Origin: Scyliorhinus canicula
Taxonomy: Eukaryota
Direction of reading: 5' to 3'
Length of the DNA: 64,000 nucleotides
Assembly (NCBI RefSeq): GCF_902713615.1
Contig: NC_052153.1
Coordinates: 142,553,772 to 142,617,771 of the forward strand
Positions 49,335 through 62,837 of this stretch are shown here, piece after piece. How positions within the stretch are numbered: position 1 is the stretch's first letter; every line of letters begins with the position of its first letter. The translations under genes and the position numbers were made by a program. Below the pieces are notes generated by a model. That model worked only from the letters and a program-made list of their open reading frames with translations. It searched no databases and was not told where the DNA came from.

Positions 49335-49953
49335 GGCCGGGATTCTCCGAGCCCACGCCGGGTCTGACACCGGGAGCGGAGAATTGGCGCAAAACCCACC
49401 CGCGCGGTCGACGCGGCGCCGGTCGGGGGCCGCTGAAAGAGGCGCCCGCAGCGATACTCCACGGTTGACCAGCCGAATTCCCACTGAGTCCTGCCAACGT
49501 GGTTCCAACCTGGTACCACCCAGCGGCAGCCCGGACCCGCTGTCGCGGTGGCCATCCTGGTGGGGGATCAGACACCGGGGGGGGGGGAGGGGGGGGGATG
49601 GCCTTCACGCCGTCCAGGCCCGTGATGGGGGGTCCGCGATCTGGAGGGGACCTACCACCTTCCGCTTGGGCCCGCTGTAGGGCTCCGCTATGTTGCGCGG
49701 ATCCGACGCGGAAACAGGCACCATGCACATGTGCCGGTGCGCGGGACGGCCACCACGCGCATGCGCCGGCACGGAGATGCCCGTTGCACGCATGCGCGGA
49801 CCTGCGCCGAAAATGCAGGGCTGCGTATCGGAGCCAGAGCTGCGTGTAGCACTCGGGCGCCATGCTGGCCTCCTGAGGGCCACTTAAATCACTGGGCCAG
49901 GAGTCCCGTTGACAACGGCATGCACCACTCCGGTGTTCACTGAAATCCCGGCC
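49335..49953. mobile_element. Harbinger-like MITE, about 620 bp, CpG-rich
   Basis: ATG|GGCCGGGATT...AATCCCGGCC|ATG. Confidence 0.88.
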
Positions 49954-50048
49954 ATGATGTCTGAAAAGTGAGATCATCATTCTTTCAAACCATATTTATG
50001 TTTTCAAGGAGCGGCTTACTCCCTGGGGAGTATATAATTAGAGGCATT

Positions 50049-50323
50049 GGGCTGAATTCTCTGTTTCAGGTCCCCGGGAACGCAAATTGGGATCGGGTGG
50101 CGGAACGCTGAAAACAGCTCCAGTTGCCAGGCACATTATCTATAACTCTGGCTGCAATGGTTTGAACACCTGCTGGGCCAGGAATTGCTCTACGTTTGCG
50201 CTGTCAGAATGCAAATTGCATATCCTGACTCACTTTCTGAATAGCACCCCTAACAGGAATGCAAATCACATTCAATTCAATCCCTGTGGCAACCCTTTGT
50301 CTCCCAAATGGCGAATCCTGCCA
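50049..50323. mobile_element. Harbinger-like MITE, about 275 bp
   Basis: ATT|GGGCTGAATTCTC...GCGAATCCTGCCA|ATT. Confidence 0.7.
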
Positions 50324-50479
50324 ATTGTATTCAGACTTAAGTAAATAGGTATTTGAGTGAGATAAGGATAATGAAAGCAATGGGAGGAACCAGGTCTGTA
50401 GCGGGAAGGTTTAATTAGTATTTCTGGAAGCTGGGATCTGAACAGCAGATTTTTCAGGAGGCTATCAGGTTCAACATTC

Positions 50480-50823
50480 ATCATAGAATCCCATAGAATA
50501 TACAGTGCAGAAGGAGGTAATTCAGCCCATTGATCCTGCACCAGTCCTTGGAATGAGCACCCTACTTAAGCCCACACCTCCACCCTATCCCCGTAACCCA
50601 GTAACCCCACCTAACTTTTTTAGACACAAAGGGCAATTTTGCATGGCCAATCCACCTAACCTGCACATCTTTGGACTGTGGGAGGAAACTGGAGCACCCG
50701 GAGGAAACCCACGCTGACACGGGGAGAACATGCATACTCCGCACAGACAGTGACCCAAGCCGGGAATCGAACCTTGGACCTTGGAGCTGTGAAGCAACAG
50801 TGCTAACCATTGTGCTACCATGC
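50480..50823 (-). mobile_element. HE1-type SINE
   Basis: Full head, core and tail. Confidence 0.9.
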
Positions 50824-51059
50824 AGGGATCTGTAGGGATTTTCAGCTTTGCAATCACTGTGGTTGTCTTTCTGTTCGGCAATGAATCAACTTCATATCTC
50901 CCTGGAATGAAACAACAAGGACCAGATGTTGTCTCCCATTCCACTCAAATATATCTATGCTGGTGGAATTCCCGGCATCCTGCGGGCACGGGAACGCCTT
51001 GCGGCATGTTCGGGTCTTCGCGTGATGTCTCTGCTATTTCGGGGGCCCTGGGTCATGGG

Positions 51060-51425
51060 CAGGGGCTTCCTGAGCAGGTTGGGCTGAGTCCGGTAGTCTG
51101 TTCCCTCCCTGGGTGCTCCTGGGGTCGGGTCTTGAAGTAGGCCCGGTCAGGCCTCCACGTGGATTTTTCTTTCTTCCATCTCCAGATAGGTCGGGTTGCT
51201 GGGCGGGACTCTCTGGGTCGAGTCAGTGGGCGGGTCCCTCGGGGTCGAGTTGGGCCGAGTCGGGTCAGGAGCTCCGGGGACTGGGCCGGTCGATCCGGGG
51301 GCTGGCGTTGGTTGTTAGGCCGGGTTGGGAGGTCCGGGTCAGCTCTAAATCGAGATTGGGGCTCCACTTACGGTTTGGGCCCGATCCACTTCCAGGTCGT
51401 GGAGGTCAGGTCGGGTCGTGTCAAA
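51060..51425. repeat. Degenerate (GGGTC/GGTCG)n-rich low-complexity tract
   Basis: Repeated GGGTCGGG, GGTCAGG and GAGTCGGG motifs. Confidence 0.6.
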
Positions 51426-52237
51426 AGGTCTCCATAGGCCTTGGAGGATATCTAAGCCTGCAAGAAAAGATAAAAGGTTGAGTTAAAAGGTTTTGCAAGG
51501 TTGAGCTTCAACTGTATGGTCCAGATTCTGTCGAGGACCAAGTTTATCATGTTCTTCAATTGTACGGCGCCAGACCAGGATGTCATTAACAATGATTTTA
51601 AAAGGTTGCCCTGCAAAGAGCTGTTCCATAAACAGTTGGAAGACATCACTACCATTGGAGATACCCTGGGACATGCAGAGGAAATGGTATGTGCCCACCA
51701 GAGACATGAATGAAATGAGTTTTGAAGATTCTTCATCCAATGGGATTTGCCAAATTCCGCAATTTGCATCCAGGATGCTGAAAACCAAAAGCATTGGGCA
51801 TGTCGGCTATGACCTCTTGAATCTCCTTCAGAGGATATTGGAGTCTCATAAGTGTTTTATTTAAGTGAGCTGGGTCAATGCAGATCCTAACTGCCATCTT
51901 TCTTTACCGCAGCTACCATCGCAGAATCCCACTCTGTGGCTTCATTTATGGGAGCTATGACACCCAGTTTTGTCATTCTATTCAATTCATTGACTAGCTT
52001 CTGTTGCATGGCAAGGGGTATTCTTCTTGCAGTACAGAGAGTGGGCATTACTGAGTTGTTGAGCCTCCTGTGCCATATGATGGGCAGCTTCCGAATAATA
52101 TCAGTCGAACAGTTCTTTGTATTGTCGCATCTCTGGGCCTTGGTGCTGTCGAATGTGTACATCTTGCCCAAAGTGGATTAACCCCAGTGCTGGAAATCCA
52201 GCATTTGTTTAACATCCTGGCCAACTAAGGTGTATCC

Positions 52238-54668
52238 AGGAAGGCTTCTTGATGCAATGTATGGATAGTGCAACGAGGGAAGGGGCAGTACTGGACCTGG
52301 TATTGGGGAATGAGCCTGGAGGTTTCAGTGGGGGAACATTTTGGGACTATTGACCACAATTCTGTAAGTTTTAGGGTACTTTTCGGTAGGGATGAGGGTA
52401 ACGGGTTAAGGTGCTAAACTGAGGAAAGGCAAATTACGATAATATTAGACAGGAATTGAAGAATTTGGATTGGGTGCGGCTGTTGGAGGATAAATCAACA
52501 TCGGACATGTGGGAGTCTTTCAAGCGACAGTTGATTAGGGTTCAGGAAAGTCACATTCCTGAGAGAATGAAGGATAAGTATTGGAGGTTTAGGGAGCTTT
52601 GGATGAAGAGGGATATTGTGAACCTCGTCAAAAAGAAAAAGGAGACTTTTGTACGTAGCTAGAATGGTGGGACAGTCGAACCCCTCGAGAAGTATAAAGA
52701 AAGTAGGAAGGTACTTAAGTGGGAAATTAGGAGGGCTAGGAGGGTCATGAAAAGTCCTTGGCAAGTAGGATTAAGGTGAATCCCAAATCTTTTTATTCAT
52801 ATGTAAAAATCAAGAGGGTGGCCAAGGAAAGGATTGAACCCCTCAGGAAAGTGGGGGGAATCTATGTGTTGAGCTAGAGGAGCTGAGCGAGGGACTAAAT
52901 GTGTATTTTGCATCAGTGTTGAACAAAGAAAGGGACATTGTGGAAGATGATTCTTGGGTAGGTTGTGTGGATGGTCTGGGTCATGTTGACATTGAAAAGG
53001 AGGAGGAATTGGGTCTTTTAAAAGATATTGGGCTAGATTCTCTGTTCCTGAGTCTAAGTGCTGACGCCAACGGAGGATCCGTGGAGTTCCACATCAGAAA
53101 AATCGTCACCACACCTGTATCGGGTCCGCTACCGGTGAGGGGCTAGCACTGGCGCCATGTGAATCACCAGCAAACCCACGAAAAATGGTGTGGGAATCGC
53201 CAGGTCCGAATTGGACACTCACAGGGCTGACAAGCTGCAGCCGTGCTTACAGAATACACCTCACACACACACACTGATTGCGGATGAAAAGATGGCACTG
53301 GTTGTGCTGGAGCGTGCCCATACAGCTGATGGGTCGTCTGGGGCCAGAGGGCACCCAGGGTGTGCCCTAGGGGGGGTCACCAAACGACCCAGGGCACCAG
53401 GTTTATAGTGAGCTGTCGGCTTCGGCAATGGTATTGCACAGCTGTCCACCCCGATTCCACAGCCCACCTTCTGGACACCCCCCACTATTCCCCCCGGCCC
53501 TGGCAGAAGTTCCCCGGCCAGCGGCACGACTGTCGGTAAATTATGGCGGTGCTGGACACTGTCCGTACACCCTCTTTCCCTCTCAGCAGCCACCACACCA
53601 GGTTCACGACTGTTCAAAGCACACATGGACCGCGCCATTGGGAACTCAGCCCATCAGAGGCAGAGCATAGCAGATGGGCCCACTGATGAGATGCAAACAG
53701 GGTTTCCACTACACCCAGCGTGTGTCGTAATGACACCGTTTTCGAGTAGGCGGAGCATCGTATTCAGCGTCAAACCAGCGCCTGCCACAATTTCGCCATC
53801 GAGAGCTATTCTCCGCCCAATTGCATTGCTTGATTTCGCCGCCGGCCAAAACAGAATCCAGTCCATTATAGCGGAATAGTCTTCTGGGTTGGATGCATTT
53901 TGGTTGGTCTGACATGGATGGGAAATGTCAATGGCAAAACTCTTTGTAATATAGAAAGCCAGAGAAATCTGGACGTGCAGGTCCACAGATCTTTGAAAAT
54001 GGCAACACAAATGGACAAGGTAGTCAAGAAAGCATACAGAATACTTGTCTTCATTGGACGGGGCATAGAATATGAAAACTGGCAAGTCTTGCTGCAGTTA
54101 TATAGAGCCTTGGTAAGGCTGCACTTGGAATATTGCACACAATTCTGGTCGCTACACTACCAGAAGGATGTGGAAGCTTTGGAGAGGGTGCAGATGAGGT
54201 GTACCGTTGCCTGTCTGGAGGGTGTTAGCTATGCAGAGAGGCTGAATAGGCTTGTCCTGTTTTCATTAGAACGACAGAGGTTGAGGGGTAACCTGATAGA
54301 GGTCTGCAAGATTATGAGGGGCATAGATAGAGTGGATGGGCAGGCATTCTTTCCCCAGGCTAGAAGGGTCAGTCACCAGGGGGCATAGGTTTAAGGTCCA
54401 AGGGGCAAAGTTTAGAGGAGATGTGCGAGGCAGGTTTTTTACACAACAGGTGGTGAATGCCTGGAAAACACTGCCTGGCGAGGTTATGGAAGCAGATATA
54501 TTAAAGTGTTCAAAAGGCATCTTGACAAACACATGGATGGGATGGGTACAGAGGGATACGGCACTAGGAAGTGCTGAGGGCTTTGGCAAAGAGTGTTATC
54601 ATGACTGGTACAGGCATGGAGGGCCGAAGGGCTTGTTCCTGTGCTGTATTTTTCTTTGATCTTTGTTC
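52238..54668 (+). mobile_element. Internally deleted CR1 LINE containing a MITE
   Basis: DLVLGNEPG, SDMWESFK, LYRALVRLHLEYCTQFWS; tail at about 54620-54668. Confidence 0.88.
53030..53864. mobile_element. Harbinger-like MITE, about 835 bp
   Basis: ATT|GGGCTAGATTCT...AGAATCCAGTCC|ATT. Confidence 0.85.
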
Positions 54669-56164
54669 TTTGTACATGGAATTGGAACTTGCCCTGTATA
54701 CAGTGCAGGGTCACTGTGCTTTCCGAGTGTATGGTCCACCATATGCAATAAGATTTACTTTGTTGGTGAAGTCCAGTGCAGCACAGGGCTTGATTTCCCA
54801 TACAAGTGGAATGGTTGTTTTAATTTACCTCCAGCTCATTTAGTTTGATAATGAGCCCACTTGGGCCCACTAGGTTCAACAGTGTAATGCTTGCACTTTC
54901 TTTGATTTCTTAATTTATTGGCGAAACTAGCATGTCCGTATGTGCACAATTAATTTTCAAACTCTCTCCAATTATCAGGGATGTTCTCATTGAAGATAAG
55001 TGGGTCAATGCGCCAAAGAGCTTGTGCCATTGCGACCACCCGTTGACACCATGTAAAGTTTCGAGGTTGTGTAAAAATGATGACAAAAGACTGCAACTTA
55101 AAGGCTTTACTATCAGATCTTCAGCTGCTCTTACACGCCATGTCTGTCGCCACACTGATGAGAAGTCCCACGCAACCCCAATACGTTGCTTCCTGTACAC
55201 AAAATCTATAAATGAATACACATTCTACACAGAAAATTGACAGCAAATGAGGATAAATTCATGAAAGTAAATTTGGGCCAAATTAGGTACAGAAAAGAAA
55301 ATTAAAGATTGGAAGAATGGTATCAGACGGATAGAATGGTTACAATACAAAAGGAGACTATTCCGCCATTTGATGGAGAAATTCTCCTTGTGAAAATTCA
55401 TCTCGTGTTCACCTTTGAAGGAAAAGTAAAAAATAATTTTAAAATTTAGATGTAAACTTAAATCTCCAAGGAGAATTTATCTCATGCAGCACTGAATCTG
55501 AACAATTGGCATTGCATTAACCATATCGTTAAAAAGGCACTTCTGCTCTTAGGAACCAGCTGTAATATTCTGTGGCCAGTTTAATGGGCAATTAATGTGC
55601 AAATACAACAAGTTCTCAAAAATAAAAATGAGGTCGAGGACAAGGTGCCATTTGTGTTAAGCAAACAGCACAGTGGTGTTAATAAACCAACAATTATTGA
55701 AGAATTGCAACTCTGGTGTTTTTCTTAATCCACTGGACTTGCTGGCTGATTTACATATTAAAAACACCATGCATCATTCGCATGCCACTATTTTCCACCA
55801 AGTTCTGACTTATTATTATGTTTCAATTTATTTGCCCTCATTTTGATCTCCAAATGTTTAGATTTTTCAAATATGAGAGCTACTTCGGATGCTTGATTTT
55901 TGCACAGCAATGATATAACCTTTAGCATAAAGATTGGAGCTTGCCTGCCAAGTGGCATCTTAAGAACAGAGAAATTAAAACTCTAAATTAAGGGATAGAT
56001 ATCAGAATTGAATATTCCTGACTCCAGCAGTTTGCATGAACAGGAAAATAGGTGTGTGGGAGTTGAACATGCTTCAACTCAAAAATACATCTCAGCAACA
56101 AGATAGTTGCTCTTTGATTTGATTAAAAATTTGCAGCAAAAGTGGGCCAATGGCTTCCTTCAAG

Positions 56165-56483
56165 AACACAGAACATAGAACATAGTGCAGAAGGAGGCCA
56201 TTCGGCCCATCGAGTCTGCACCGACCCACTTAAGCCCTCACTTCCACCCTATCCCCATAACCCAATAACCTCTCCTCACCTTTTTGGTCACTAAGGGCAA
56301 TTTATCATGGCCAATCCACCTAATCTGCACGTTTTTGGACTGTGGGAGGAAACCGGAGCACCCGGAGGAAACCCACGCAGACACGGGGAGAATGTGCAGA
56401 CTCTGCACATTGACCCAGCGGGGAATCAAACCTGGGACCCTGGCGCTGTGAAGCCATAGTGCTATCCACTTGTGCTGCCGTGC
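56165..56483 (-). mobile_element. HE1-type SINE, close to the 21812-22125 copy
   Basis: (AGAACAT)n tail, core and head. Confidence 0.9.
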
Positions 56484-57744
56484 TTCATCCACCCAAAAAG
56501 TGATAAAGCAGAATTTTCTGCTGATAGAAGATTTTCTGGTGTTGGGACCATTTCTGGATGCTGAACAAGCACAGCTCGACATTGCACCTTCTGGTGTACT
56601 CTTCTGGAGATGGTCTCCTAATTGCCAATCTCTGTGACTGCTGTCCAATTAAGGATAGAGAGGGTGTTCCTATGGCTGTCAGCGCATTCAGTGGGGTCTG
56701 TAGCTGGGATGCCTGACAAACCCAACGGGAGGGGTATATGCTGCTCAGGTAACAAGGCAAGTGTGAGTGAAATGCTTAAAATGGAGGCGTACTCAGAATA
56801 GCAAATAAAATTCCCAAACTAATAAGACTCAATGCTGGTCGAGCAATAGAAGGGGAGGGAAAATTTCCTCCAGAAGATTCATTTGGGCTGTGGGTGCAGC
56901 CTTTCATCTCAGGGTCCTTGTTATTGGGCCTTGCAGCTTCCAGCCCCAATTGTCCTCTCCCCATCCTTCCTACCTTCCCCCACCCCCTGTCTTCCTCCTC
57001 CCCCTGCCCTTCACAACCCCCATTCCCTCGCACCTTCCCCCACTCCCTCTTCTCCCCAGCCCCCTTCCCTTAGTTGATTGTCACCAGTGACTTGCCACTT
57101 CCAGGCGGGCAGAAGCTGGCGATTTTCACCCTCGTGCAGCAAAAGTGCTGGGAGATGGGAATGTGTCAGAGCATCGATCCCTTGCCCTTAATTCTGACCT
57201 TGCCATCAAACTTGCATCAATGGGACCAGGCAAGTTCCATTCAATAGTGATCCGATTAGAAATGCCTGACAGGAAATTCACGTTAAAAAATCATGTTTTA
57301 CCACAGTATTGAAATATTTTATCCATCTCTTTCAGCAACAAAATTCATGAGCAAAATATTGTATGTGGCAAATTATGTGAATGTTAAACTATAATTCTAA
57401 CACAGTGTGAACAAACGTTAATATATTTTTCCATCAATCAAGCCTAATGATCCTTCTCAACAATAACTATATTTAATCTGTTATTGAATGTAGTGACATT
57501 TTTTAACTATGTGCTGAAGACATATTTTAATATATTAACATTAGGAGGCACAATTTAAAAGCACAAACAATGCATAATTCATAAAAATAACAAAGTCAAA
57601 GTTGAGGTAAAGATCTTTAAACTGCCAGTCTTTGGGAATGTGTGTTGTTTTATATTTATTTTCACTGTAAAACATATTTGTTGTTGTTGCTATATTCTAT
57701 AGCATGATACCTTTTATTAAATGTCTCTTTATTGTGATTTTCAT

Positions 57745-60290
57745 TTTTTAAATAAAACATTTTGCATCAAACAAAAAAAGCAGAAAGATACCTATGGGTA
57801 TCAATGTGCAGCAGGTACTGCACAAAACGATCATCATTACATAAGTGGGAACAAATAAGATCGGATGAATCAGGGACAAAATCCCCAACATGTTCCATCC
57901 ACGGATAAATGACCTGTCGGCACCCAAACAGGACACAGACAACATTATCAACCGACATCGCACCCATACGTACAAAACATGACAGAAGAAAACAATAACC
58001 CGTGAACCACAGTGCTGAGGGGAGCTGACTAACTCTCATAGCGCGATTAAAACTCTTCTCCAGATCCAGACTGGAACAGGCAACCATCCTACACCTTTCA
58101 GATGGCAAAATGGGAAAGGGAGGACCGGGCACAACAATACCTCAATACACAGTCTAGGGTCTCCCCATTGTTTTTATTCGTTCATGGGATGTGGGCATCG
58201 CAGGCTGTGCCAGCATTTATTACCCATCCCTAATTACCCTTGAGGAGGCAGTTCAGAGTCAACCACATTGCTGTGGGTCTGGAGTCACATGTAGGGCAGA
58301 CCAGGTAAGGATGGCAGATTTCCTTCCCTAAAGGACATTCGTGAAACAGGTGTGTTTTTATGACAATTGGTAGTGGTTTCATGGGCATCAGTAGACTTTT
58401 AGTTTCAGATATTTTATTGAGTTTAAATTCCATACCCTGTCATGATGGGATTCAAACCCGAGTCCCCAGATCATTATCCTGGGTCTACTAGTCCAGCAAA
58501 TCACCAGGCCACCGGCACCAGTGCCCTCCTCAAGAGGACAACAGGATATCATGAAGACAAGAACCAAAATAAATGTAAATTGGTCCCAATCGCAAAACAT
58601 GGTGAAAACCCACTTCAGTACCGGAGGGCCGTCAGAGCGACCACCACACTGGAGAGCGTCCTGGGAGGCAGAGCTGACGTCTCCCCCCCTCCCTCCCCTC
58701 CCCCTGGGACCACAGGACCCCCTCTCCCAACCAGGACCACTCGAAAAAAATAAAGGATTAGACCACCCTAAAGCCAATGTAGATCCGCATCTGAGTGTCC
58801 ATGGCACCAAGGCCCACAATCCAAAACCACAGCCAGTCCTCACAGGCACCAATACGCAGAGAGAAGTAGAAGGAGAAGGAATGCACCCCCCCCCCCCCCA
58901 CCCCCTGCAAAATTTTCAAAGTCAGAAGAAGAAGAGCAAGAAATGTCAGAACTAAACCTTTCCACCCACAACTAGTTCCTAAGATATTACGGCTAGGCGA
59001 GAACCGGCCAACTGACTGCCAATTGGGCTCTTCCCATTTTCAAGATGAAAAGTACAAGGATAAATACTGGACACAACCTTCAGATCCTTCCCCAATCTTC
59101 ACCTCTCCGGATGTGGACTACCCACGTCAGACTACCCCACGTCACCCCCAAGGGAGGTATTCCCTGTCCAAGAAGCAATAGCATACTGCCCGTGATGCCG
59201 AGCCTGGCCTAGTCCAGCACCGCAACAAACAAAAAAGATTCCATTACACCCCAATCCTTGTGCCCCTCTGAAGCTCAACTAGTTTGGTGCTATACAGGAC
59301 ACAACACCTCTCCTCCCCCTAAAACGATTCAATACACAGACCAACAACAGGACCAACACACCATGCCCCAACAGAAGAAGAGAAGCGAACAAAGAAACCC
59401 TATTGGGAGGGACCACCCCACTGGACACACCAGTTACCACCAAAAATGGATATTCAGACCGGCCTCACTCACAAGAGTTCTGACAGCAGTCAAAACAGTC
59501 AGTGGGTATCCCATATCAGGGGGAATGACCAACTCCCCCCTCAAGGGGAGTCCAACAAATCCCAGCCCGCAACAGCATAATACACGGCCTGCCTAGACCT
59601 GAAGAAGAAAAAGGCACACAAAAAAAATCTCTTGCTATGGGGGATCTTCCTCGAATGTAGTGAAGACAGAATTAACTTGCCACCCACGCCCTCCACCTCT
59701 CCCCTCATTCTGGCTCTGCTTACCCTCTCCCTAAGGATATATTAGGATAAAGGAACAGAGCACAAAACCCTAAATCAATATTCAACTTAACATGATAAAA
59801 CCTTATTAAATCAGGATAATCAACGGTGCATGACATCACGCGCAAAATATTTACTTCCCTGTAAACAGATAAATTGACAACGTGATTATCAGGGAGTAAA
59901 GTCCAGGATAACAACTGATGAATGAGGCAGTCATCAGGATGAAAACCACTCCACTGGCGCATGAAGAATGTAGACATTCAGGATAAAGCAGGATCTGAAA
60001 TATAGAGCACTCTTCAGGATCTTCCAAGGACTCCAATGATCGGAAGACAAACCTCATTACTTCCAACATGCCGACTTGACTGAGCCCAGACAGTCACCAC
60101 CCTAAATTCCAGCAGGGGACGGGGGACGGGCCGGCACTGGTAACCCCAACCTCTTTCGACCAACAGCAGGAACAGGGCAATGCAGCACCAGGAATTGGAA
60201 GGCCAACCCAACCCCAGGCCGTGGAGACAGAATTAAATGTGCTCCATTGAATCTGAGCTGCCCAGATCAAGATTCCCAAAACATGGCAGC
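57745..60290 (-). mobile_element. Possible highly decayed L1-type LINE fragments
   Basis: A/C-rich plus strand; T-run at about 57744; ...LGFCALFLYP motif reminiscent of the L1 ORF1 C-terminus near 59740. Confidence 0.35.
58170..58500 (-). mobile_element. tRNA-derived SINE of a different family with a LINE-derived tail
   Basis: Minus strand reads GGACTAGTAG...GGGTTTGAATCCC (B box)...TAGGGATGGGTAATAAATGCTGG...GAATAAAAAA. Confidence 0.75.
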
Positions 60291-61083
60291 CACTCTTCCT
60301 TGTGCTGTGAAGTCATTTTGTAATTTCCTTTCTCCCGTACCATTCACCTCTCTCTCTCTACTGCTGCACTGTTAGACTTTGGTTTGTTTTCCTACTCATA
60401 TAGTGCCCCTTGTTTCCCAACTCTCTACTACTGAGGAAATCCGGGGATACAGGGGCATGGTAGGGAAGTGGCATTTGTTTGGAAGATCTGCTATGATTTT
60501 ATTGAATGACAGAGCAGGATCAAAAGGCTGACAACAATCTTTAGAAGCATCAATGTTTGGTCCACTCATTGCTGACAATTACAGTGGGATTCTATGTACT
60601 GTGCGAAATTCCAATTTAAGTACTTTATTGCAACTTCTGCCTCTTTTGAATGGACACACTGGCAGCTACTTTCAAGGCCTGCTTGGTAATTGTGAGCTTC
60701 TGAGGGAAGTGAACAATAAGTATTTTCTTAAATTGTAATCTGCTCAGTGTCCCTTTCATGTGATGAACGCAGGGCTGTAGGCAGATGAAATTGACCACAC
60801 TAAGGCCAATTATAATGCTGACTATGCTGCCCTCGCCAAGGTCAACCAATTTGGCAGAAAGCATACCAAGCAATCCATTTAGCTACAAAGGCATCAGGGG
60901 AACTGACCAAATCACAAATCTCCCAACATCTCAACAGATGGCTTTGATGCCAACACTTATGTCTGCAAAATGCGAAGCAATCCTGACCAATTATAAATCT
61001 ATCCCCCAACTTACTGGTCATTTTCTTTAATAAACCCACCGTGCAGGCTCACTATAAAAAGGATTCTTTTGGCATTGGTAAAT

Positions 61084-61395
61084 TGGGTGGCACGGTAGCA
61101 CAGCGGTTAACGCTGTTGCTTCACAGCGCCAGGGACCTAGGTTCGATTCCCGACTTGGGCCACTGTCTGTACAGAGTCTGCACGTTCTCCCCGTTTCTCA
61201 TGGGTTTCCTCTGTGTACTCCAGTTTCCTCCCACATGTCCTGCAGGACGTCTTGTCAGGTGAATTGGACATCATGAATTCTCCTTCAGTGTACCCGAACA
61301 GGCGCCAGAGTGTGGCGACGAGGGGATTTTCACAGTAACTTCATTGTAGTGTCAATGTAAACCTACTTGTGACACTAATAAACATTATTATTATT
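61084..61395 (+). mobile_element. HE1-like SINE with the alternative tail
   Basis: GGGTGGCACGGTAGCACAGCGG...GGTTCGATTCCC...GTGTACCCGAACAGGCGCC...CATTATTATTATT. Confidence 0.88.
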
Positions 61396-61579
61396 GAAAC
61401 TAAACATACCCTCAGTGGATGGGATAGCAAATTACTCAGGAACTGGTTTACTCACATTGTTTGAAATACTTCTCTTTTAATAGAATGAAATACTTCTCAT
61501 TTAATATAAACCGTATTATTTATTTAACCAATTTATTCTGTCACATTAACACTTTGGCGTGCCTAGTCAAATTACAGAG

Positions 61580-62790
61580 TGAGAACCAGTGGATGTGATT
61601 TATTTAGATTTCCAGAGGGCCTTTGACAAGGTGCCACATAGGACACTGTTAATAAGTTAAGAGCTCATGATGTGAAGGGTGACATCCTTGCATGAATAGA
61701 GGATTGGCTGTCTGGCATAAGGCAGAGAGTGGGGATGAAGGAGTCTTTTTCAGGATGGCAGCTGGCGAAATAGTGGTGCGCCTCAGGGGTATGTGCTGGG
61801 ACCACAACTTTTCACAATATACATTAATGATCTGGAAGAAAGAACAAAAGGCACTGTTGCTAAATTTGCAGATGATACAAAGATATGTAGAGGGACAGGT
61901 AGTATTAAGGAAGCAGAGGGTCTGCAGAAGGACTTGGACAGGCTAGGAGAGTGGGCAATGAAGTGGCAGATGGAATACAATGAGGAAAAGTGTGAGGTTA
62001 TGCACTTTGGAAGGAGGAATGGAGGCATGGACTATTTTCTAAATGGGGAAATGCTTAGGAAACCAGGAGCACGAAGAGACTTGGGAATCCTTGTTCATGA
62101 TTCTCTTAAGGTTAACGTGCAGGTTCAGTCGGCAGTTAGGAAGACAAATTCAATGTAAGCATTCATGTCGAGAGGGCGAGAATACAAGATCATGGATGTA
62201 CTTCTGAGGCTGTGTAAGGCTGTGGTCAGATCCCTTTTGGAGTATTTTTGTGAGCAGTTTTGGGACCCGTATCTAAGGAAGGATGTGCTGGCCTTGGAAA
62301 GGGTACAGAGGAGGTACACAAGAGTGATCCCTGGAATGAAGAGCTTGTCGTATGAGGAACGGTTGAGGACTCTGGGTCTGTACTCGTTGGAGTTCAGCAA
62401 GATGAGGGGGGATCTCATTGAAACTTACAGGGTACTGCGAGGCCTGGGTAGAGTGGACATGCAGAAGATGTTTCCACTGGTAGGGAAAACTAGAACCAGA
62501 GGAAGAAACGTCAGACTAAAGGGACAGTCCTTCAAAACAGAGATGAGGAGGAATTTCTTCAGCCAGACGGTGTTGAATCTGTGGAATGCTTTGCCCCAGA
62601 AGGCTGTAGAGGTGAAATCACTGAATTGATCTTTAACAGAGATAGATAGGTTCTTGATTAATATGGGGACCTGGGGTTATGGTCAGGAGTATGGGGATGA
62701 GAATAATATCAGCCATGATTGAATGGTGAAACAGACTCAATGGGCCAAGTGGCCTAATTCTGCTCCTATCTCTTACGGTATTATGGTCTC
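61580..62790 (+). mobile_element. CR1 RT and tail, frameshifted
   Basis: DFQRAFDKVPH, LGPQLFTIYINDL, FADDTK. Confidence 0.92.
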
Positions 62791-62837
62791 ACGTAGTGAC
62801 AATTTCAACATAAAAAGAGTTTCACATTAAAATTATT

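Larger units (their letters stand above)
50830..55195 (-). mobile_element. Decayed Gypsy element (gag start about 55050-54850, protease about 54800-54670, RT 52200-51480, integrase piece about 50950-50830) split by CR1
   Basis: Primer-binding-site-like TGGTGTCA on the minus strand at about 55050; FNENIPDNWREFE gag-like motif; RRIPLAM...GVIAPINEATEWDSAMV; FSILDANCGIWQIPLDEESSKL. Confidence 0.8.

Noticed and set aside
54910-55240. Host exon after TTTTGTGTACAG on the minus strand
   Set aside because: The region contains the primer-binding-site-like motif and gag start of the minus-strand Gypsy element
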